Source of the DNA: a virus
Lineage: Duplodnaviria; Caudoviricetes
Strand: one strand, 5' to 3'
IMG/VR virus record: IMGVR_UViG_3300037502_002351
Coordinates: 1 to 48,552 of that record
Length of the DNA: 48,552 bases
The translations under genes were made by a program, and so were the position numbers. Shown here one piece after another: positions 9,613 to 19,829 of the stretch. Under the pieces are notes generated by a model. It made no database searches and had not been told where the DNA came from. It saw nothing but the letters and a program-made list of their open reading frames with translations. Numbering within the stretch: the stretch's first letter is position 1; each line of letters begins with the position of its first letter.

Positions 9613-9626
9613 AAGCATGATTTTAT
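9609..9626. repeat. ATAAAA-N6-TTTTAT palindromic site
   Basis: ATAAAA-GCATGA-TTTTAT containing the TAA stop of 9352..9612. Confidence 0.65.
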
Positions 9627-9659
9627 TTAAATAAATTATTATAGAGAAAGGGTGTAAAA

Positions 9660-9953
9660 ATGAGTGTCAAAGGATTTTTTGAAGATTGGGATGGAGAAGA
9701 AGTTTTGAGCGATGTAAGAAATTTTAAAGATGAAAAAGACTTTTTGGAACAAGCTACAAAGTATGTAGAGAAAACAAGGGGTTATCACGTACCATTAATC
9801 AACGTTGTTAAAACCGTTATAATTTTTAATGATGAGGAATGGAGATACAAGGATGATATGGATCTATGGAATGAAGTAGAAGAAGAAAAATTTATTGGTG
9901 AGGAATTAGTGGTTTATAAAGCTGAGTTGGATTATGAAAGTATAGAAGATTAA
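9660..9953 (+). CDS. Hypothetical acidic protein
   Basis: AAGGGTG RBS. Confidence 0.7.
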   Translation: MSVKGFFEDWDGEEVLSDVRNFKDEKDFLEQATKYVEKTRGYHVPLINVVKTVIIFNDEEWRYKDDMDLWNEVEEEKFIGEELVVYKAELDYESIED

Positions 9954-9966
9954 ATCAAAGAATTAT

Positions 9967-10179
9967 TTGATAGAAAGGGTGATTTCAAAAATGAAAAGCA
10001 AGACAATTTATGATAACGGTAACTCAAGATTAACGGTTAAATATGATGGTGTAATTGTTACTCTTAAACAAGAGTTAGACGGTGTTTCTGATGTAGAAAT
10101 CTATTTGTTTCAAGATGAATTAGAGGATATTTTAGAGTTTGTTAAAGAAAATAATTCATTGGGGGAAGACATCAAATAG
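9967..10179 (+). CDS. Hypothetical protein (true start probably ATG 9991)
   Basis: AAGGGTG RBS precedes ATG 9991. Confidence 0.65.
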   Translation: MIERVISKMKSKTIYDNGNSRLTVKYDGVIVTLKQELDGVSDVEIYLFQDELEDILEFVKENNSLGEDIK

Positions 10180-10187
10180 GAGGCAGC

Positions 10188-10364
10188 ATGAACATGGAGG
10201 TGAAACTAACAGATAACGGAGAATATCTTATTCTTAAACTTGAACCAATTGAAGCAATATCCTTATATAGAGCATTAAATAATACTGATGATACATATTT
10301 AAAGCACTATGACATAGATTTTTTAAAACAAATTATAAAAGAATTGAAATATTTTGTTGACTGA
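10188..10364 (+). CDS. Hypothetical protein (58 aa)
   Basis: AGGAGG RBS; open frame to TGA 10364; followed by hairpin at 10388-10413. Confidence 0.6.
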   Translation: MNMEVKLTDNGEYLILKLEPIEAISLYRALNNTDDTYLKHYDIDFLKQIIKELKYFVD

Positions 10365-10435
10365 ATGAATTAAATAAATTATAATAAAGTCGAGAGCGAT
10401 AAGTTCTCGACTAAAATTTTGTGTGAGGTGATTAT

Positions 10436-12427
10436 ATGACATACGGCAACGAAAGTATCAGAAGTTTATCAGATAAAGAGGCGGTGAGATTAAGACCAGC
10501 AAATATTTTAGGATCAGATGACATTAATGGATGTTTCCATTGTTTGATTGAGATTGCTGATAACGCAATAGACGAAGCAAAAGGTGGATATGGCGATAAG
10601 ATCATTATTACAAAACATAAAGACAACTATTACAGTGTTGAAGATTTTGGTCGTGGAGTGCCGATGGATTGGAATAGCATAGAAAACAAATACAACTATG
10701 AATTAATCTTCCAAACATTATACGCTGGTGGTAAATATACAAAAAATGATGATGACGCTTATGCATTTGCAAAAGGTTTAAATGGTTTAGGAGCTTCAGC
10801 AACAGCATTTTCAAGTAAACATATGCTAGTTCGTTCTTATCGTGATGGTTACAAATATGAAATTGAAATTGTAGAAGGGGAAGTCGTTGGTGGATTAAAG
10901 AAAGAAAAATATAATTATGATTCAACAGGGACATTTGTTAAATGGTTGCCGGATTTATCCGTATTCACAGAGACAGATATTCCTTTTGAATGGATTAAAA
11001 AATATGCAGAAGAACAGGCGATTGTAAATAAAGGTATTACAGTTGAAGTTTGTAATGAAGAAACAAATGAAAAGCACACATATTATTATGAAAACGGAAT
11101 TGTTGATTATATTCATAAACTCAATCAAGGTAAAAACTTTACTGATGTTGTGTATTGGGAAACAGAAGCAATTGGACGAGATCGCGAAGATAAAAAAGAT
11201 TATCGCTCAAAATATCAAATTGCTTTTTGTTTCAATAATGAAGTTAATGTAATGGAATCTTATCACAATAGTTCATTTTTAAAGCATGGGGGAAGCCCAC
11301 ATGAAGCAATAAAAAATGGATTTACATATGCAATTGATCAGTTAATTAAGAAAAAAGGTGAATATAAAAAAGGCGAAAAGAAAATTGCGTTTGATGATAT
11401 AAAGGATAGTCTGATTATAATTACGAACACGTACAGTACGGAAACAAGTTATGAGAATCAGACGAAATTTGCAATCACAAATAAATTTATTCGTGAATTT
11501 ATGACTGAATATATAAAACAACAACTTGAGATTTATTTCATTGAAAATCCAATGGAAGCAGATAAGATTGTAAAGCAGGTGTTAGTCAATAAACGTAGTC
11601 GTGAAAAAGCTGAACAAGCAAGATTGGATATTAAAAAGAAATTACAGATCAACACAGGAAATAGTTTGCGAAATAAAATCGAAGACTTAAAAGATTGTGA
11701 TATGAAAACTACAACACTAGATGAAAGAGAGCTTTGGGTGTGCGAAGGGCTAAGTGCGGCTTCAACAATTACAGATGCCCGTGATAATAGAACAATGGGA
11801 ATATATGCATTAAGAGGACGATTTATTTCGTCATTAAAGAACAGTATAGAGGATGTTTTAAATAATAAACCAGCAATGGGATTAATTCAAGCGTTGGGTT
11901 GTGGAATTGAAATTCCAAAAAACGAATTAAAGAAATTTAAGAATATTGAAACATTTGATTTAAATAATTTACGTTATGGAAAAATTATTATTGCATGTGA
12001 CAGCGATGCTTTTGGACATGGAATTACACTTTCATTAATCACATTTTTTTACAAATTCATGCCAACACTTCTTAAACAAAATAGAATTTATATTTCTATA
12101 TCACCAAGATATGAAATTAAATGTGCTGATGAAACATTGTTTGCTTATAATGAAAAACAAAAAGAAGAGATTGTTTCTAAATTAGAAAGAAAACATAAAA
12201 AATTTACAGTTGGAATCGTAAAGGGGCTGGGAGAATTAGATAAAGAGGTTTATTGGGATTATGTTATGAATCCTGAAACAAGGATCTTAAAGCAATTAAT
12301 TTATGATGAGCAGTATGAAAATCAAATTAACTACTATTTTAATACATTGATGGGTGAAGATATTGATGAGCGCAAGAAATATGTTAAACAAAATATAATA
12401 AATTTAGATTTAACATTTATTGATTAA
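10436..12427 (+). CDS. Type IIA DNA topoisomerase subunit B (GyrB/ParE-like)
   Basis: GHKL motifs EIADNAIDE, DFGRGVP, GLNGLG; TOPRIM motifs EGLSA, LRG, DSDAFG; KGLGE. Confidence 0.92.
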   Translation: MTYGNESIRSLSDKEAVRLRPANILGSDDINGCFHCLIEIADNAIDEAKGGYGDKIIITKHKDNYYSVEDFGRGVPMDWNSIENKYNYELIFQTLYAGGKYTKNDDDAYAFAKGLNGLGASATAFSSKHMLVRSYRDGYKYEIEIVEGEVVGGLKKEKYNYDSTGTFVKWLPDLSVFTETDIPFEWIKKYAEEQAIVNKGITVEVCNEETNEKHTYYYENGIVDYIHKLNQGKNFTDVVYWETEAIGRDREDKKDYRSKYQIAFCFNNEVNVMESYHNSSFLKHGGSPHEAIKNGFTYAIDQLIKKKGEYKKGEKKIAFDDIKDSLIIITNTYSTETSYENQTKFAITNKFIREFMTEYIKQQLEIYFIENPMEADKIVKQVLVNKRSREKAEQARLDIKKKLQINTGNSLRNKIEDLKDCDMKTTTLDERELWVCEGLSAASTITDARDNRTMGIYALRGRFISSLKNSIEDVLNNKPAMGLIQALGCGIEIPKNELKKFKNIETFDLNNLRYGKIIIACDSDAFGHGITLSLITFFYKFMPTLLKQNRIYISISPRYEIKCADETLFAYNEKQKEEIVSKLERKHKKFTVGIVKGLGELDKEVYWDYVMNPETRILKQLIYDEQYENQINYYFNTLMGEDIDERKKYVKQNIINLDLTFID

Positions 12428-12440
12428 GGAGGTTTTAATA

Positions 12441-13172
12441 TTGCCCAAATATACATTTAACAAAGAGTATTTTGATGTAATCAATACCAAAGATAAAGCA
12501 TATTGGTTAGGATTTATTTGGTGTGATGGTTATGTTTGTAAAAGAATTAGAAATAATGAAAGAATTGAATATAATTTAAAATTGTCGCTATCTGAGCAAG
12601 ATGGAAGTCATTTAGAAAAATTTAAATTAGCATTGTCATCTACCCATCCTATAAAAAAGTATAAAGTTAAGTCATTTAATAATGAAATTTGTGAATATAG
12701 GTTTTTCTTATCAAACAATTATTTACCAAAGAAGCTATATGAGAAATATGGTCTTATTCCTCATAGACATAATATTGAAAATTTAATAAATAAAATTCCT
12801 GAAACACTTGTGAGTCATTTTATTAGAGGAGTTTTTGATGCGGAAGGAAGTATAAATTATTCTATTAATTATGACGGTAATAAATTAGGTTGGAGAAAAT
12901 ATGATTTAACAATAACTACATATCACGATTTATTAATATACATAGATGATAAATTAATAAAACAAAAAATATTTGAAAATAAACATAAACTTTATCATAG
13001 ACATAAAAATAGAGATTTACATTGTAGATCTTTAAAAATTTGTGGAAATCGTCAAATATTAAATATGCTTCATTTTATTTACAAAGATAGTAACGATAAT
13101 ATTAGATTAGAAAGAAAATATCAAAGATATTTAGATATGTTGAACTATATGCAAAATAAAAATTTAAAATAA
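12441..13172 (+). CDS. Free-standing LAGLIDADG homing endonuclease
   Basis: AYWLGFIWCDG and FIRGVFDAEGS; AAGGAGG RBS before TTG 12441. Confidence 0.85.
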   Translation: MPKYTFNKEYFDVINTKDKAYWLGFIWCDGYVCKRIRNNERIEYNLKLSLSEQDGSHLEKFKLALSSTHPIKKYKVKSFNNEICEYRFFLSNNYLPKKLYEKYGLIPHRHNIENLINKIPETLVSHFIRGVFDAEGSINYSINYDGNKLGWRKYDLTITTYHDLLIYIDDKLIKQKIFENKHKLYHRHKNRDLHCRSLKICGNRQILNMLHFIYKDSNDNIRLERKYQRYLDMLNYMQNKNLK

Positions 13173-13194
13173 ATATATAAATGGAGTGGTTCAT

Positions 13195-15348
13195 ATGAGT
13201 GAAATTAAAATAAATATTCACGAAGCCTTGCAAGAAGAATTTTTACCATATGCAGGAGAGAGTTTAATTAACTTCTTGCCAAGCGTAGATGGCTTACTTC
13301 CCGTACACCGCAAAATATTAATTTCTATGTTGCGTAATGGTAGAACATCAAATAGACCATATACAAAAACAATCAAAGTAATGGGTGAAATTGTAACTTA
13401 TTATGTATTTGGTGATAGTCCTTTATATAGCTCAATGGTAAATGCAGCAAACAATTCAATGAATTTGCCTTTGATCGATGGAAAAGGATCATGGGGAGAT
13501 AAATTTCGTTCCGATGGTGTAGCAGCTAGTCAAAGATATACTGAATGTAGATTAACCAAATATGCAGAAGATATGCTGCAAGGATTAAATAAAGGCGTTG
13601 TCCCGATGAAGCCTAACTTTGATAATACAACAGATGAGATGATTGTTGCGCCATCATTACCGCCAAATATTTTATTAAATACATCACAATCAATCTCAAT
13701 TTCAGAGGCATCTAAAATTCCAGCACATAATGTAATAGACACTTGTGATTCAATTATTCATTACATAAACACAAGAAACATTGATGAAGCAATTAAAATT
13801 ATTAAATGTCCAGATTTATCAAGTGGCGGTCAAATTATTTATGATGAAAAAGTGTTTAAAGAAATTTATAAAACAGGAAAGGGTTCATTTACTCTTATTG
13901 GAAAGTATTGTTACAATGAAAAAGAAAATAAAGTTGAAATTTACGAAGTGCCTTATGAAACCACAATTAACGCAATTGAAGATAGATTAAGAAGTGCTTA
14001 TGAAAGTGGAAAATTTAAAGAGATTACAGATATTCGCAATGCAACAGGTAAACAAGGTATTCAATTAGATATTTATTTAAAACGTGGAACAGATATAGAA
14101 AAATTCATCGCTAAATTACGTAAATATACACCATTTGAATCTAAAATGTCATGTAACTTTACTGTGCTTGATTTAGACTGGAAAACGCCAAAGTTGATGT
14201 CTCTTGAAGATATTTATAAACGCTGGTTAAAACACAGACACAATTGTATCACTGCCGAATTACGATATGATATTGATAAAAAATCGAAAAAACTGCATGA
14301 ACTAAAAGGATTGCAAAAGGTTTTGCTTGATATTGATAAAACAATTCAAATCATCAAAAATACCACAAAAGAAGAAGATGTCATCACTAATCTAATGAAT
14401 CATTTTCAAATTGATGAAAAACAAGCTCAATATATTGCAGAAATTAAATTACGTAATCTTAACAAAGAATACATTATTAAACGAACAAATGAAATTGAAG
14501 TGTTGGAAAAAGAAATCAATGATTTAAATTATAAACTCAACAATCCAAAAGAAATCAAGAAAATGATCATCGACCAACTTGAATATGTTAAGAAAACATA
14601 CGGTCAACCACGTAAAACAGATATTATTTATGCAGATGAGATTGAATCCATCGACACTAAAGAATTAGAAATTGAAAACTATAATGTACGTTTATTCGTT
14701 ACAAAACAAGGGTATCTAAAGAAAATTCCATCTGTATCATTACGTGGGGCTTCAAATGTTAAACTAAAAGATGATGACAAGATTGTATATGAATTTGATG
14801 CAACTAATAAATCAGACATACTCATTTTCACTGATAAGCAAAACTGCTACAAGCTTAAAGCGTATGAAATTGATGACCATAAACCATCGGTGTTAGGTGA
14901 GTATTTGCCTTCAACATTAGGATTGAAAGATGAGAATATTGTTTATGTTACTGCGACAGAAGATTATGAAGGATATTTGATTATTGGATTTGATAATGGT
15001 AAAGTGACGAAGATTGATCTCAAAGCATATGAGACTAAAACAAACCGTAGTATGTTAAAAAATGCATATACTGACCAAGAAAAACCGATTTATTTTGATA
15101 CGATTAAAAATGACATTGATTTAGTTGTTGTTTCAACAATCAATAAAGTATTGGTATTTAATACAAGTATGATTAATGCTAAATCAAGTAAAACAACAAT
15201 TGGTGTACAAGTGATGAAATCTAAAAACGATAGTAAAGTAAAATTGATTAAACGATTAGATGATGTCCAATTGCAAGATGTTGATTATTACCGTACGTCA
15301 AGCGCAGCAGTAGGGAAGTATTTAAGAAAAGGAGATATTATTGAATAA
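13195..15348 (+). CDS. Type IIA DNA topoisomerase subunit A (GyrA/ParC-like)
   Basis: DGLLPVHRKIL, catalytic AASQRYTE, C-terminal beta-pinwheel-like repeats. Confidence 0.92.
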   Translation: MSEIKINIHEALQEEFLPYAGESLINFLPSVDGLLPVHRKILISMLRNGRTSNRPYTKTIKVMGEIVTYYVFGDSPLYSSMVNAANNSMNLPLIDGKGSWGDKFRSDGVAASQRYTECRLTKYAEDMLQGLNKGVVPMKPNFDNTTDEMIVAPSLPPNILLNTSQSISISEASKIPAHNVIDTCDSIIHYINTRNIDEAIKIIKCPDLSSGGQIIYDEKVFKEIYKTGKGSFTLIGKYCYNEKENKVEIYEVPYETTINAIEDRLRSAYESGKFKEITDIRNATGKQGIQLDIYLKRGTDIEKFIAKLRKYTPFESKMSCNFTVLDLDWKTPKLMSLEDIYKRWLKHRHNCITAELRYDIDKKSKKLHELKGLQKVLLDIDKTIQIIKNTTKEEDVITNLMNHFQIDEKQAQYIAEIKLRNLNKEYIIKRTNEIEVLEKEINDLNYKLNNPKEIKKMIIDQLEYVKKTYGQPRKTDIIYADEIESIDTKELEIENYNVRLFVTKQGYLKKIPSVSLRGASNVKLKDDDKIVYEFDATNKSDILIFTDKQNCYKLKAYEIDDHKPSVLGEYLPSTLGLKDENIVYVTATEDYEGYLIIGFDNGKVTKIDLKAYETKTNRSMLKNAYTDQEKPIYFDTIKNDIDLVVVSTINKVLVFNTSMINAKSSKTTIGVQVMKSKNDSKVKLIKRLDDVQLQDVDYYRTSSAAVGKYLRKGDIIE

Positions 15349-15371
15349 ATTATAAAAGGAGAGATGTTGGT

Positions 15372-16184
15372 ATGAGTTATGCGGATCAAGTATTTAAACA
15401 AAATTTACGTGAAATTCTTCTACAAGAATGGGAAGTGGACAATCGAGCAAAATGGAAAGATGGCTCACCTGTTATGACAAAACGTATTTTACAAGTTGTA
15501 AATAAATATGATTTATCTAAAGAATTCCCTATTTTAACACTTAGACCAATCAATTTTAAAGCAGCGATTGACGAAATTTTGTGGATTTATCAAAGGCAAT
15601 CAAACAATATTAAAGACTTAAACAGTAAGATATGGAATTCTTGGGCTGATGAACAAGGATTTATCGGAAAAGCGTATGCTTATCAAATTAGAAAACCTAT
15701 GCTAGATTATCCTTCACAAGTACATTATGCATTAGAAACAATTAAAACTAACCCTACTTCTCGAAGAATCATGATGAACATGTTTGATGTGGAAGATATG
15801 CCTGAAAAGAATTTGATTGAATGTGCTTATGCTACTCATTTTAGTGTTAAAGATGGTAAATTACACATGACATTAATTCAAAGATCAAACGATTTTCTAG
15901 TTGCTAATAATTGGAACTTAATTGGTTATTCGGTGTTAATGCACCTTATTGCAAGACATTGTGGTTTAGATGTTGGCATTTTAACTCATTTCATTCAAGA
16001 TTGTCATATCTACAACAAACACCAAAAACAAGCGTATGAATTATTGTCAAGAGAGGGGTACGAACCACCTAAATTAGTTATTAATCCAGATAAAAAGAAC
16101 TTTTTTGACTTTACTGTAGATGATTTTGAATTGATTAATTATAAACATCATCCACAAGTTGAAAGATTTGAGGTGGCAGTGTAA
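15372..16184 (+). CDS. thyA: Thymidylate synthase
   Basis: EILWI, PTSRR, QRSND, HIY motifs. Confidence 0.92.
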   Translation: MSYADQVFKQNLREILLQEWEVDNRAKWKDGSPVMTKRILQVVNKYDLSKEFPILTLRPINFKAAIDEILWIYQRQSNNIKDLNSKIWNSWADEQGFIGKAYAYQIRKPMLDYPSQVHYALETIKTNPTSRRIMMNMFDVEDMPEKNLIECAYATHFSVKDGKLHMTLIQRSNDFLVANNWNLIGYSVLMHLIARHCGLDVGILTHFIQDCHIYNKHQKQAYELLSREGYEPPKLVINPDKKNFFDFTVDDFELINYKHHPQVERFEVAV

Positions 16185-16691
16185 ATGATTTCATTAGTCG
16201 CAGCAATTTCACGTACTAATCAACTTGGATATCAAAATAAATTACTCTGCTATTTGCCCAATGATCTAAGATTTTTCAAACAAATCACCACATCAGGTAA
16301 ACATAATATCGTTGTCATGGGGCGTAAAACATTTGAATCCATAGGCAAGCCTTTACCTAATCGTATTAACATCGTATTAACTAAAAATAAAAAAATTAAA
16401 CATAAAGGGGTATTTATATATCATTCTGTTGAAGAAGTATTAAATCAATATAAAAACTATGGTGAATGTAAGCCTAATTTATGGGTAATTGGCGGTGAAA
16501 TGATTTATCGTCAATTTATCCCTTACGCAGACCGACTACATATCACACTAATTGACCATGTATTTGAAAAAGCTGACGCACATTTTCCACAAATCACAAA
16601 TGAATGGAAATTAATTTCTGAGCAACACAATCCAACAGATGAAAACAATCCATACGATCACTACTTTAGAATTTATGAAAAAGTTAAATAA
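16185..16691 (+). CDS. dfrA: Dihydrofolate reductase
   Basis: VMGRKTFESIGKPLPNRINIVLT, IGG, AD.HFP motifs. Confidence 0.93.
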   Translation: MISLVAAISRTNQLGYQNKLLCYLPNDLRFFKQITTSGKHNIVVMGRKTFESIGKPLPNRINIVLTKNKKIKHKGVFIYHSVEEVLNQYKNYGECKPNLWVIGGEMIYRQFIPYADRLHITLIDHVFEKADAHFPQITNEWKLISEQHNPTDENNPYDHYFRIYEKVK

Positions 16692-16706
16692 ATTATAAAA
16701 ATGCTA

Positions 16707-16764
16707 TTGACTTAAATAAAATATAATAATACAATAAAGGTACAAGGTTAAAATACCTTGTACC
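16707..16764 (+). promoter_or_regulatory. SigA-type promoter with downstream inverted repeat
   Basis: TTGACT-17 nt-TACAAT; GGTACAAGGT-N6-ACCTTGTACC at 16739-16764. Confidence 0.7.
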
Positions 16765-16791
16765 AAATTACAAACAAGGAGGATAGTTCAA

Positions 16792-17331
16792 ATGGATGTA
16801 AACAAACTCAGACTTACAAATCATGCTTATCAAAGAATCAAAGAAAGATTTAATTTAAATTGTGATAAAGAAGGAGCGTTAAACTATTGTAAAGGTAGAT
16901 TAAAAAACGCAGAAAGAATCGGTATTATTGTTTCTAAGGAAGGCGAAGAAGCTGTTCTTTATGCTATTGGAAGAGAAGCATATTATTTGTCGTTAGATGA
17001 GACAACAATTAAAACTGTTACAAAAAATATTAAAATAACATACGAGCCGATTAAAGAAAAAATAAAAGAAATGCATATGAAAGAATTGCGTAAGCTAGAA
17101 CGCAAAGAAAAAAGTAAACACAAATATTTAGAATTATTAATGTTAGAAGCTAATATTGAATTATCGCAGTTAAAATACAGACTACATAAAACCAGATCAC
17201 AAGCAGTAAAGATGGCTTGTCAAGCCAGAATTAATGCATTAGAAATGACTTTGCAGGAATTGCAAGATGAAATTAACAATATTAAAAAAGAGAAAACTAG
17301 AATTGCAAAATCAATGGTTGCAGTTGTGTAA
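16792..17331 (+). CDS. Hypothetical protein (LTNHAYQR N-terminus, coiled-coil C-terminus)
   Basis: AAGGAGG RBS. Confidence 0.75.
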   Translation: MDVNKLRLTNHAYQRIKERFNLNCDKEGALNYCKGRLKNAERIGIIVSKEGEEAVLYAIGREAYYLSLDETTIKTVTKNIKITYEPIKEKIKEMHMKELRKLERKEKSKHKYLELLMLEANIELSQLKYRLHKTRSQAVKMACQARINALEMTLQELQDEINNIKKEKTRIAKSMVAVV

Positions 17332-17344
17332 GGAGGTGACGAAG

Positions 17345-17527
17345 ATGAAACAATATCTTGGTGATCATAATTATCGTACTGCATCATTTGCATTTAAAGA
17401 TGAGGAAAGTTATTATGATTATAAAGTGGGTAATGTAGTGTTTCCAAGCGATTATACATACGAAAAAATGCATGGCGAAGTGATTGTTTGGAATCTTAAA
17501 GATAAATATAATGAGGTGAATAAATAA
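17345..17527 (+). CDS. Hypothetical protein
   Basis: AAGGAGGTG RBS before ATG 17345. Confidence 0.65.
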   Translation: MKQYLGDHNYRTASFAFKDEESYYDYKVGNVVFPSDYTYEKMHGEVIVWNLKDKYNEVNK

Positions 17528-17617
17528 AAAAGACAATTCCTTTCCTCACTTAAAGGTGGGCTTCTTTGCATCATCGTTCATGAAGTTGTTGAATATAAAA
17601 ATTAAGGAGGTGATACT

Positions 17618-17806
17618 ATGTCAAAAATCATTCGCAACATGATTAAATGCAAGCATTGTGGCGACATCATTGAATCTGTACATAGACATGATTTTAAATG
17701 GTGTAAATGTAAAACTGTATATGTTGATGGAGGTAAAGATTATTTAAAACGTGGATTTAAGCATGAAGATGATTATGAGGATTTATCAATAGTTGAGCAT
17801 GATTAA
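17618..17806 (+). CDS. Small zinc-binding phage protein
   Basis: CKHC...H...CKC...VDGG.DYL motif. Confidence 0.75.
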   Translation: MSKIIRNMIKCKHCGDIIESVHRHDFKWCKCKTVYVDGGKDYLKRGFKHEDDYEDLSIVEHD

Positions 17807-17854
17807 AAGTGATTCTGAATCAAATCTACACTTTATAGAAAGGTTGGATTCGTT

Positions 17855-18196
17855 ATGAAAGAGTTTCATATAAGTGATGTACTAACTATTACTACTGGAA
17901 AGTTAGTTTCCATAAGACATATGGAAGGTGTTTACGACATTTTGAACTACATGACAAATGATAATTTATTTACACATCAATTACCAAGAGCAATGGATGA
18001 ATGTAAACCATATTTACTTAAACAATTTCCATTCTTAAATAACATAAATAAAGATGAAATCACAGAGAACAACTGGAAAGATTGGTTAAATGATAAAATT
18101 GAACAATTTGGTGAATATCTAAAAGTTGAACAATTGCCAAACGGTATTCATAAATATAAAAATCCTATTGTAGAAGCTATTAAAATGATGCAATAA
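17855..18196 (+). CDS. Hypothetical phage protein
   Basis: AAAGG RBS; flanked by palindromic sites at 17819 and 18193. Confidence 0.75.
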   Translation: MKEFHISDVLTITTGKLVSIRHMEGVYDILNYMTNDNLFTHQLPRAMDECKPYLLKQFPFLNNINKDEITENNWKDWLNDKIEQFGEYLKVEQLPNGIHKYKNPIVEAIKMMQ

Positions 18197-18228
18197 AAGG
18201 TCAATTATATTCAAATGGGGTGAATCTC

Positions 18229-18381
18229 ATGTACATACCTGACTATTCACAAATCCATTACAATGAAGTCATTTTATGGCTCGAACAACAATGGAATAGA
18301 AAATTATCAGATCATGAAAAGAATGTATTAATTCAAGGTTATCGGTTTGGAAGATTGAAAGAGATGGAGAATAATAAATGA
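18229..18381 (+). CDS. Hypothetical protein (50 aa)
   Basis: GGGGTG RBS; open frame. Confidence 0.55.
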   Translation: MYIPDYSQIHYNEVILWLEQQWNRKLSDHEKNVLIQGYRFGRLKEMENNK

Positions 18382-18394
18382 AAAGGATTGACAC

Positions 18395-18631
18395 ATGATG
18401 ATCGAACGCTGCTTTAAATGTGGTAAAAAAATTGAGATTGATAGAAAAGTTGAAGCTCATGAAGATTGGGTTAAAAGTTTAAAAAGTCATGAAACAGTTT
18501 TCTGTACAGAATGTGGTGATGAATTTATTAAAACAATAAAACTAATAAAAGAAGGTAAAATACAAAAAAGATACTCTAGAGAGTTTTTAAGTGAAATGCG
18601 AAATGCACTAAAACAAAACAACGATAAATAA
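18395..18631 (+). CDS. Zinc-ribbon protein
   Basis: CFKC ... CTEC. Confidence 0.65.
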   Translation: MMIERCFKCGKKIEIDRKVEAHEDWVKSLKSHETVFCTECGDEFIKTIKLIKEGKIQKRYSREFLSEMRNALKQNNDK

Positions 18632-18716
18632 AATATAATAACAAAAAATAATGGAGATAGCCGGCTATATAATTGCGTTGCAGCACCTCTTGATGAAAGG
18701 GGATGGTTTATAAATA

Positions 18717-19799
18717 ATGAGAAGACTAACATATGAAGAGGTAAAACATTTTGTAGAAGTCAAAAGCGGTAGTGGCTGTAAGTTGTTAAGTGAGGAATAT
18801 TTTAATAGTGATAGCAAAATGATATTTAGATGTAGATGTAATAATATTTTTGAAACAACATTTGATAAATTTAAATCTAGAAATAAAAGACAATGTAATA
18901 AATGTGCAAGAAAAAAGATATCAAAATCTCAAAAACTAAAATATGAAGAAGTCAAAAATTTTATAGAGGTAGAAAGTGAAAGTGGTTGTAAGCTTATTAG
19001 TAAAACATACAGCAATGCCAATGAAAAACTACTTATTCAATGTGCATGTGGAAATTTATTTAAAACTAAGTTTAACCATTTTAAAAGTAGTAATCAAAGA
19101 CAATGTAATAATTGCGGAAAAGAAAAAGTCGCCCAGAGTAAAAGACTAGATATTTTTTATATAAAAAAATTTATCGAAGAAGAATCTAATAGTGGATGTA
19201 AATTAATTACCAAAGAATATAAAAACTCTTCAACAAAACTAAAAATAGAGTGTGCGTGCGGAAATACTTTTACAACGCTATTTAGTGTTTTTAGAGATTA
19301 TAATAGGAGATGTTGTGACATCTGTGCAAAGAAAAATAAAAAATCTCAAGGAGAATTTAAAATTGAAAATTATCTTATAAAAAAAGATGTTTCGTATGAA
19401 AGCGAATATCGTTTTGATGATTGCAGAAACAAAAGACCATTACCTTTCGATTTTGCGATATTTAATAAAAAAGATGAAATTATTTGCTTAGTTGAATTTG
19501 ATGGTAAACAACATTCACATATTACATGGAATTTTGCTAAAACATTAGAAGATGCTCAAATAAATTTATACAGAACAAAATATAACGATAAAATAAAAAA
19601 TAACTATTGTAAGAAAAACAATATTCCTCTAATTAGAATTCCTTTTAATTATTACACAAAGCTAGAATATATACTTGAACACGTATTAGGTTATTTCAAG
19701 CTAATCGACAAACAAGATATAGATGAACAATTAGTACATAAATTCCTTGTCAATCATCCAGATTGGTCACATGAAAAATACATAAATTCAGCATTATAA
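18717..19799 (+). CDS. Putative free-standing endonuclease: three zinc-ribbon repeats plus PD-(D/E)XK/Vsr-like nuclease domain
   Basis: Three copies of SGCKL(L/I)..Y....CxC...CxxC; C-terminal S.GE, LPFDFAI, VEFDGKQH, LIRIP. Confidence 0.75.
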   Translation: MRRLTYEEVKHFVEVKSGSGCKLLSEEYFNSDSKMIFRCRCNNIFETTFDKFKSRNKRQCNKCARKKISKSQKLKYEEVKNFIEVESESGCKLISKTYSNANEKLLIQCACGNLFKTKFNHFKSSNQRQCNNCGKEKVAQSKRLDIFYIKKFIEEESNSGCKLITKEYKNSSTKLKIECACGNTFTTLFSVFRDYNRRCCDICAKKNKKSQGEFKIENYLIKKDVSYESEYRFDDCRNKRPLPFDFAIFNKKDEIICLVEFDGKQHSHITWNFAKTLEDAQINLYRTKYNDKIKNNYCKKNNIPLIRIPFNYYTKLEYILEHVLGYFKLIDKQDIDEQLVHKFLVNHPDWSHEKYINSAL

Positions 19800-19829
19800 A
19801 GATAATTATAAAAATATTACTGAAAGGGG

